Assembly (NCBI GenBank): GCA_963779755.1
Contig: CAVZZO010000001.1
Span: 1,440,001-1,504,000, forward strand
Reading direction: 5' to 3'
DNA: 64,000 nucleotides
DNA from: an uncultured Gemmatimonadales bacterium
GTDB lineage: Bacteria > Gemmatimonadota > Gemmatimonadetes > Gemmatimonadales > GWC2-71-9
Shown here: piece by piece, positions 57,928 through 64,000 of the stretch
How positions within the stretch are numbered: the first letter of the stretch is position 1
Layout: every line of letters starts with the position of its first letter
Notes under the pieces: generated by a model
Seen by the model: only the letters and a program-made list of their open reading frames with translations
Told to the model about the DNA's origin: nothing
The model's database searches: none
Program-made: the position numbers and the translations under genes

Positions 57928-59204
57928 TGGTTCTCTCCTTCAGTGCCCAGCAGGGCCTGGATACGCGCCATGGCCTGCTGCCACGAGGCGGCATAGCGGA
58001 TGGCATCTACTTCGTAGCGGTTCACGGTCAGCTCGTTCTGGATCAGCGTCTGGAAATCCACCCGCCCCACCCGGTAGGCCGAAAGGGCCGATTCTACTGC
58101 CGCGTGCGCCTGGGGCAGGATGGCGGTGCGGTACAGCTCCGCGAGATCGCGCGCCCGCTCCGCCTCCGCCCGCTGCTCGGTCAACTGGGCAAAGGTCTCG
58201 TTGGCCAGATCCTGCGCCATGGCTTCCTCCCCCGCCTGCATGGCCGCCATCTCCCGGCGCAGGGGGAGTTGCCGTTTCCCGGCCCAGATGGGGAGGCTCA
58301 CGCCCACCATGATGCTCACCATGTCGTCGAACTGGGGACGTTGACCGTAGGCAACCGAGACCATCAGGTCGGGGTACAGCGCGCGGCGTGCGGCGCGATA
58401 GCCCGCCCGCGCGGCCTCCACCCGCTCCGACGCGGCCGCCAGGGCGGGCCGCTTGTGCACGGCAATTGCGAACAGGGAATCGCCGGCGGGCAAGGGATCG
58501 CCAGGGGCGGGAAGGAGCAGGGTGCCCACTGGCGCCATGGCATCCCGGCCGAGCTGGGCGTTGAAGCGGGCCGCCATGGCCTGGCGGTCCTGCTGCATCA
58601 CCGTGATGTCCCCGGTCATCCGGGCGATGGCGACCTGGGCCTGGAGTACGTCCTGCTGCAGGCCCTCGCCGGTGGCGTAGCGGCTCTGCGAGACCTTGAA
58701 GAAGTCCCGGAGCAGCTCGCGGGTATCGCCCATGACGGCCAGGGCCCGGTCCATGTAGGCCAGCTCGTAGTAGAGGACGGTCACCCGGCTTTCGAGCTGG
58801 AGCTCCGCCTCATCCGCGCTCAGGCTGCCGGCGCGGGAGAGGTGCGTGGCCCGCTCTCGTGCAAAACCGAGCTTGCCGGGCCAGGGGAAGGTCTGGGACA
58901 GTTCCAGCTGGTCCATGGTCATGGCCTGTCCGGTTCCGAAGCCGTCGAGCGGCCGGTTCATAAGGCCGAGGGAAAGCCGGGGATCGGGGAGTGCCCCGGC
59001 CGGCGAGATGCGCTCCGCGGCGGCCCGGGCCGAGCTGCGCGCGGCCTGGAGCGCGGGATTATTCTCGCGGGCGATCCGAATGGCGTCTTCCAGCCGGAGC
59101 GTATCCGTGCCGGCGCCCTGGGCCTGGGCCCATCCGGGCGCGGCGATCATCATGAGTATCAGGCACAACCACTCCAGCCGGTTGCGCGGCTTCGAACGGG
59201 ACAT
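57924..59204 (-). CDS. TolC family outer-membrane factor (CusC-like role)
   Basis: Signal peptide, ALPDPRL, QTFPWPGK, SAYRVGRVDF; overlaps the cusB start. Confidence 0.88.
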   Translation of the reverse strand: MSRSKPRNRLEWLCLILMMIAAPGWAQAQGAGTDTLRLEDAIRIARENNPALQAARSSARAAAERISPAGALPDPRLSLGLMNRPLDGFGTGQAMTMDQLELSQTFPWPGKLGFARERATHLSRAGSLSADEAELQLESRVTVLYYELAYMDRALAVMGDTRELLRDFFKVSQSRYATGEGLQQDVLQAQVAIARMTGDITVMQQDRQAMAARFNAQLGRDAMAPVGTLLLPAPGDPLPAGDSLFAIAVHKRPALAAASERVEAARAGYRAARRALYPDLMVSVAYGQRPQFDDMVSIMVGVSLPIWAGKRQLPLRREMAAMQAGEEAMAQDLANETFAQLTEQRAEAERARDLAELYRTAILPQAHAAVESALSAYRVGRVDFQTLIQNELTVNRYEVDAIRYAASWQQAMARIQALLGTEGENQ

Positions 59205-59286
59205 ACCTCTCCTGGTCGTTCAATTGTTGGAATCTCCCCGGCGCATCAGAGCCGATGCGTCAGGGTACATGTCAGCTGGGAGAGGT
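59205..59286 (-). promoter_or_regulatory. SD-sequestering mRNA stem between the leader and the TolC gene
   Basis: mRNA ACCUCUCC (59286-59279, starting at the A of the leader UGA) is exactly complementary to GGAGAGGU (59212-59205), which sits directly before the AUG. Confidence 0.6.
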
Positions 59287-59612
59287 CAGACTTCGGGAGG
59301 TGGGAGGAGCGGGGCGGCGGGATCGGCCGGCTGGAACCGGGAGCGTTCCACCGTGGAAATGCGGTGCAGCGGAGTGGCGAAGGACAGCGCGACGACCGGA
59401 TGGATGACGGCTGGGGCCGGCACGCCGCAGACTGCCGGCATGGCGCAGCCGGTTGAGGACGGTACGCCCGGGAGCATTCCCTGCCCATGATCACCCGGCA
59501 GGCTTGCCTGGTGACAGGGTGCAGTGGCCGGCATGTGGCACAAAGCAGGCGCCGCCAGCCAGAACAGCTGGCTGACCAGCAACAGTGCCGACAGATTCCG
59601 GATCAAGCGCAC
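59286..59612 (-). CDS. 108-aa exported Cys/His leader with C-terminal PPP (CutF/CruR/CzcI-like)
   Basis: GTG at 59612 with AAAGGAG SD; hydrophobic N-terminus; CH...CH and CAMPAVC; ends PAAPLLPPPEV. Confidence 0.68.
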   Translation of the reverse strand: MRLIRNLSALLLVSQLFWLAAPALCHMPATAPCHQASLPGDHGQGMLPGVPSSTGCAMPAVCGVPAPAVIHPVVALSFATPLHRISTVERSRFQPADPAAPLLPPPEV

Positions 59613-59707
59613 CTGGGCTCCTTTGACATCCACTCGCCGGACGCTGGAATCTATGTTCCGGCGCGGCACCCCGGCAATCGGGGGCCCGGCATGTCGCAAT
59701 CTGGCCT

Positions 59708-59750
59708 TTGACATTGTCGCTCAACTGAAGAATTTGTGAGCATCTCTTCA
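59708..59750 (+). promoter_or_regulatory. Promoter with ArsR/SmtB-like operator
   Basis: TTGACA at 59708-59713; imperfect 6-2-6 palindrome TGAGCA-TC-TCTTCA at 59737-59750. Confidence 0.4.
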
Positions 59751-59775
59751 CGATTCAGGGAGATGGAGGGCGCTT

Positions 59776-60954
59776 ATGCACTCATCCATGCTCGAGGCCA
59801 TCGGCCGCGCCCTCTCCATGGCCTTCACCATGGGCTGGGAGATTCTCTGGGCGCTGGTTCTGGGATTCACGCTCTCCGGGGTGGTGCAGGCGGTAGTCTC
59901 GAAGCGGGAGATGCGCCGCCTGCTGCCGGACGATTCCCCCCGTTCCCTCCTGCTGGCCACCGGGCTCGGCGCCGCGTCCTCCTCCTGTTCCTATGCGGCC
60001 GTCGCGCTGGCGCGCTCGCTCTTCCGCAAGGGGGCCGATTTCACGGCGGCCATGGCCTTCCAGTTCGCTTCGACCAACCTGGTAATCGAGCTGGGCATCC
60101 TGCTGGCGGTGCTGATGGGGTGGCAGTTCACGCTGGCGGAGGCGGTGGGCGGGCCGCTGATGATCGTGCTGCTGGTGGTGTTCTTCCGGATGTTCCTCTC
60201 GCCCCGGCTGGTGAACGCCGCGCGACAGCAGGCGGAACGCGGGCTGGCGGGGCGGATGGAGGGGCACGCCAAGATGGATATGTCGGTGAAGGGCGGTGGG
60301 TCGCTCTGGCATCGGCTCTGGTCGCCGGAGGGTCGGACGGCCACGAGCCACTATTTCGTGATGGACTGGGCCTCGGTCTGGATGGACATCGCGGGGGGAC
60401 TGCTGATCAGCGGCGCGCTGGCCGCCTGGGTGCCTCACGAATTCTGGCAGGGCTTCTTCCTGAGCGGCCACCCCCTCGTGGCAAAGTTCTGGGGGCCGAT
60501 CATCGGGCCGGTAGTGGCGATCGCCTCATTCGTGTGCTCGGTGGGGAACGTGCCCCTTGCCGCCGTGCTGTGGAACGGCGGAATCAGCTTCGGCGGCGTG
60601 GTGGCGTTCATCTTCGGCGACCTGATCGTGCTGCCCATTCTCAACATCTACCGTAAGTACTATGGCTGGAAAGTGACCGTATTCCTGCTGGGCACCTTCT
60701 ATGTGGCCATGGTCCTGGCGGCGCTTGGCGTCGAGTTCCTGTTCCAGGTGCTCGGCTTGATCCCGGCACACCGGCAGGCGCGGGTGGTGGAAGCAGCGGT
60801 CACCTGGAACTATACCACCTGGCTGAATCTCTCCTTTCTCGCGCTGGCGACGTTGCTGGTGATGCGGTTCCTTCGCACCGGCGGGCCGAAGATGCTGCGG
60901 ATGATGAGCGGGCAGCCCCGGACGGCTCCGGCATCGGGCCAGCCGGAGAAATAA
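59776..60954 (+). CDS. DUF318 (ArsP-like) permease
   Basis: SSSCSYAA, ASTNLVIE and FVCSVGNVPLA; multiple TM helices. Confidence 0.85.
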   Translation: MHSSMLEAIGRALSMAFTMGWEILWALVLGFTLSGVVQAVVSKREMRRLLPDDSPRSLLLATGLGAASSSCSYAAVALARSLFRKGADFTAAMAFQFASTNLVIELGILLAVLMGWQFTLAEAVGGPLMIVLLVVFFRMFLSPRLVNAARQQAERGLAGRMEGHAKMDMSVKGGGSLWHRLWSPEGRTATSHYFVMDWASVWMDIAGGLLISGALAAWVPHEFWQGFFLSGHPLVAKFWGPIIGPVVAIASFVCSVGNVPLAAVLWNGGISFGGVVAFIFGDLIVLPILNIYRKYYGWKVTVFLLGTFYVAMVLAALGVEFLFQVLGLIPAHRQARVVEAAVTWNYTTWLNLSFLALATLLVMRFLRTGGPKMLRMMSGQPRTAPASGQPEK

Positions 60955-61129
60955 TGAACCGCAGATTACGCAGATTGCTACGGTCATCTGCCGGCGTCCG
61001 CTGAGCTTCGCCAGCCCGCCAGGACGAGAACCGTCGTTCGGTTCCTGCGCCCAAGAGGCTGGATCGGAGCATCCCTCCCTGTCGGAAATCCATCCTGCCT
61101 GATCTGCGGCTCAACTGATCTTGAGAGCG

Positions 61130-61507
61130 CTAGGATCCCTTCCCGGGTCCCTTGTTCTCCGGCGCCAGCAACTCATCCAGCAGCCGCCAGGTGTAGAAGG
61201 AGGCCCGGCCCCGCAGCGCATCCCAGCGTTGCCGGGTTTTGAGGGGAATGGCGTCCGTCACTTCTGCCATGCCGAGGTAGTAGGCGAATTCACTGAGATA
61301 TCCGGCCGACGAACTGGTCGCGTTGCGAAACATCCGGCGGTTGCCGGTACCCACCCCAAAGGCGAGCCGGGCGGCGGACCGCAGGGCGGTCCAGCGGAGG
61401 CGGTCGATGACGGCATCATCGAGTGCGCAGTCTTTGGTGTCCGTGAATACGGCCACCGCCAGGGCGTGGCAGCTCTTCCAGGCGTCGTTCTTCTCGAAGG
61501 TCATCAT
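61130..61507 (-). CDS. Divergent four-helix-bundle protein (TIGR02436 / 23S-IVP-like)
   Basis: 125 aa; the pattern FEKNDAWKSCHALAVAVF...RLRWTALRSAARLAFG...MFRNA...GYLSEFAYYL parallels the family consensus. Confidence 0.6.
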   Translation of the reverse strand: MMTFEKNDAWKSCHALAVAVFTDTKDCALDDAVIDRLRWTALRSAARLAFGVGTGNRRMFRNATSSSAGYLSEFAYYLGMAEVTDAIPLKTRQRWDALRGRASFYTWRLLDELLAPENKGPGKGS

Positions 61508-61605
61508 GGTGTCCCCGGTGGTTGCATTGGGGATACCAAGGTACGACCCGTCGCCGTTTTCGATGGACCATACGGCGGCGGGGCGTGCCGGAATGCCGCG
61601 GAGCC

Positions 61606-62520
61606 TCAGGAGCCCGGTGTGGCATCCCCCGTATCGACCAGCCGGAGGAAGCGCAGGGTTTCCGCCGTGAATCGCTCCGGTTCCTGCAGGTTGATGGCAT
61701 GGCCGCCGCCGGGAATGACGACCATGCGGGAGCCGGTGATCCCATAGTGGAGTCCCGCGGCCACAACCTGCAGGTAGGGAATTTCCTCGTCGCCGATGAG
61801 TACCAGGGTCGGCGTGTGCACCTTGCGGAGCTCGTCGGCGCGTGCCGGCGGGGCCAGATTGGACGGGGGAGCGGGGTCCAGGAACTCGGTTCCCCGGTAG
61901 CTTCGCAGCAGCGCCTGGAGGTGCGCCTCGATGGGGGCCGGCGCCGGCTGCCCGTGGAACATCACCCGGTGGACCCATTCCGAGATGGCGGCGCGGAGGG
62001 AATCGAGCCCCTGGGTTCTGGCGATGGCGGCCCACCGGGCGGGCTGCGGGGCATCGGGGCCGTCGCCGGGCGGGTTGAAGCCGACGGGAGGCCCGCATCC
62101 GAGCAGGATGAGACCTTCGACGCTTTCCGGATAGCGGAGCGCAAAGGTCAGGGCTACCAAGGCCCCGGCCGAATGCCCCAGGATGTGGGCCCGGGGGATG
62201 CCGAGACTATCGAGCAGCCCTTTCAGGTCGGCGGCATCGGCCGTGGGGTCGGGTTTGCCGCTCGAGGTACCGAAACCCCGGCGATCGTAGCGCACAACCC
62301 GGTATCGCCGGGCCAGGTCCCCCACCACGTTGTCCCACTCGGTTTGATCGACCGCCCAGCCGTGGATGAGGACGAGCGGCTTCCCCGCGCCCTCGATCTG
62401 GTAGTGAAGGGTGACGCCATTGACCGCTACCTTGCCCGTTCGGGCCTGCGCCGCCAGCGGAACCGTGCTGAGTGATCCGCCGAGGAGCAGGAGGCCGAGC
62501 ACTGCACCAGGGAGTCTCAT
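61606..62520 (-). CDS. Exported alpha/beta-fold hydrolase
   Basis: LIHGW, YDRRGFG, nucleophile elbow GHSAG, GGGH catalytic His; signal peptide. Confidence 0.9.
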   Translation of the reverse strand: MRLPGAVLGLLLLGGSLSTVPLAAQARTGKVAVNGVTLHYQIEGAGKPLVLIHGWAVDQTEWDNVVGDLARRYRVVRYDRRGFGTSSGKPDPTADAADLKGLLDSLGIPRAHILGHSAGALVALTFALRYPESVEGLILLGCGPPVGFNPPGDGPDAPQPARWAAIARTQGLDSLRAAISEWVHRVMFHGQPAPAPIEAHLQALLRSYRGTEFLDPAPPSNLAPPARADELRKVHTPTLVLIGDEEIPYLQVVAAGLHYGITGSRMVVIPGGGHAINLQEPERFTAETLRFLRLVDTGDATPGS

Positions 62521-62556
62521 CGTGCCTCCTTGTGTGGAACAAAGATCGGCCGGGGC

Positions 62557-63999
62557 TCAGGGGTCCTCCGGCGGTGGCGTATCCCGGGCGCGGCGCACCT
62601 GCTCGGCGAGGCGCCGGAAACGGGGATCCGACTGGATCGGATCCCAGAAGGGATGATCCAGCGTCTTGCGCATGCCGATGATGGGTAGCCGCTGGAGCAT
62701 CGCGATTCCCCGCTGGGAAAGGCCGGCCCCTACCAGCGCCGCCGCCGAGCTGAGCACGACCAGCCGGTTGCGGGATTGCGCAGGCCGATACCGGGTCGAG
62801 AGTTCATCCAGCAGGCGCCGGGCCGCCGCCGTGTCGCCCATTCGCGCGGTGACGAGTACGCGCATCGCCGCGGCATAGACCGCGGCCGCGGTATCGGAAG
62901 CGGGTCGGCGGCCGACCAGCGTGTCGAGGGCGGTGACATCCGCCAGGGCGGCGGGCGCATTACCCCGGCCCAGCTCGGCCGTCATGTGCAGGGCGCGAAT
63001 GGACATGTCATGGCGGCCCAGCGCCATGGCGCTGTCGATGAACTGGAGCGCATCGTTCCAGCGGCGGCGCTGGGAGTACAGGGTGCCGAGGAGCCAGGCG
63101 GTGACGGCCCGGTCGGGCTCCAGCGCGAGGGAATGCCGCAGGGCGGAATCGGCGACATCATCGTGGGCCGGGTTCTCGAACCAGCCTGCCACCGCCTCCG
63201 CCCGGCCGTACTGATACCAGGCTTCGGCGTCATCCGGTTCGAGCTGTACGGTGTGCTGGAGGGCGACGATCGACTGCGCTACGCAGTCCGGCACGCCTGC
63301 CGGACAGGTGGCGCCACCGGCCCCGCCGAGGAGAAGCGGGTCGATGGAGAAGCCGTGAATGCCCACCCCCGCGGGTGTAGGAATGAGCAGGAAGCCGCGC
63401 GCCAGCCAGCCGTCGGCGCCGGCCGAATCGAGGGCAATGGCGCGATTCGCGGCGGCGAGCCCGCGTGCGAGGAGACTGTCCTTGCCCAGGCCGGGATAGG
63501 GCCAGGGCCAGTTGGCGTAAATGCCGTACACCAGCCCCATGCGCCCCCAGGCGGCGGCGAAGCCCGGATCGAGTCGGAGGGCGGCCTGGTACTCGTCCAG
63601 GGCATGACGGCCGTCCGCTTCCGAGGTACGCCGGGCCAGGTAGAAGTTGCCCTTGAGGTAATGGTCGTAGGCCTCCCGATCGTTGGTGGGCCGGGCGGTG
63701 AGCGCGGTGCTCTCGGCCGGGGCCAGACGTCCTACTACCTCGCCGGCCACCGACTGGGCGATCTGGTCTTCGATGGCCATCACGTCGCCGTCGGGACGAT
63801 CGTAGGTGCTGCCCCAGAGATGGCGGCCGCCGCGGGTGGTGACCAGCTCCACCCGCACCCGCAAGCTCCTCCCGGCGCCTTCGACGCTGCCGGTGACCAG
63901 ATTGGCCACTCCCAGGGCACGCCCCACCTCGATGGGATCGGTGTTGGCGCGAAAGCGCTTGACCGCGTTTCCCGACGATACCGTCAGCCGGCCGACCTG
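62557..63999 (-). CDS. TolB-like + TPR protein, C-terminal part (5' end lies beyond the window)
   Basis: Frame is open to the window edge; GRALGVANLVTGSV...LWGSTYD, EAYDHYLKG, LDPGFAAAW and TPR repeats. Confidence 0.78.
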   Translation of the reverse strand, partial: QVGRLTVSSGNAVKRFRANTDPIEVGRALGVANLVTGSVEGAGRSLRVRVELVTTRGGRHLWGSTYDRPDGDVMAIEDQIAQSVAGEVVGRLAPAESTALTARPTNDREAYDHYLKGNFYLARRTSEADGRHALDEYQAALRLDPGFAAAWGRMGLVYGIYANWPWPYPGLGKDSLLARGLAAANRAIALDSAGADGWLARGFLLIPTPAGVGIHGFSIDPLLLGGAGGATCPAGVPDCVAQSIVALQHTVQLEPDDAEAWYQYGRAEAVAGWFENPAHDDVADSALRHSLALEPDRAVTAWLLGTLYSQRRRWNDALQFIDSAMALGRHDMSIRALHMTAELGRGNAPAALADVTALDTLVGRRPASDTAAAVYAAAMRVLVTARMGDTAAARRLLDELSTRYRPAQSRNRLVVLSSAAALVGAGLSQRGIAMLQRLPIIGMRKTLDHPFWDPIQSDPRFRRLAEQVRRARDTPPPEDP

Positions 64000-64000
64000 G

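Noticed and set aside
61130..61507. Diversity-generating retroelement suggested by the Avd-like fold
   Set aside because: No reverse transcriptase or TR/VR repeat pair was seen in the window.

Overview
A 64 kb GC-rich bacterial chromosome segment. Gene content and protein style suggest Gemmatimonadota, but this is inference. Bases 1-51000 are mostly housekeeping: the end of an NSS transporter plus an uncalled MetS-like small subunit; repair genes (Fpg/Nei-like, alkA, uvrA, nfo, mfd); pckA and maeB; an FHA/PP2C pair; a diguanylate cyclase; lepA and waaF; a tightly coupled ROK-PfkB-HATPase-STAS-transsulfuration run followed by ftsEX-envC; DUF58 and a frameshifted BatA gene; PPIase-surA-pdxA; typA; and a stand-alone tRNA-Ile(GAT). 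After the tRNA lies an ~10 kb copper/silver-handling cluster: a Met-rich Ig-like lipoprotein, a diheme cytochrome c, DUF411, a PII-like protein, cusA-cusB-TolC and a DUF318 permease. Three observations stand out. (1) A secreted Cys/His leader ending in PPP, whose stop codon overlaps an 8-nt anti-Shine-Dalgarno sequence exactly complementary to the TolC gene SD, suggests CutF/CruR-like ribosome-stalling control of an RND efflux operon. (2) A STAS/anti-sigma-kinase-like pair is coupled into the sugar-kinase operon that precedes ftsEX. (3) About 13 short-period (7-9 nt) repeat arrays sit at gene junctions, often as inverted pairs, and some invade coding ends; a divergent four-helix-bundle gene is also present. 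No CRISPR array, integrase, transposase or rRNA was seen. All calls come from reading the sequence, without database searches.
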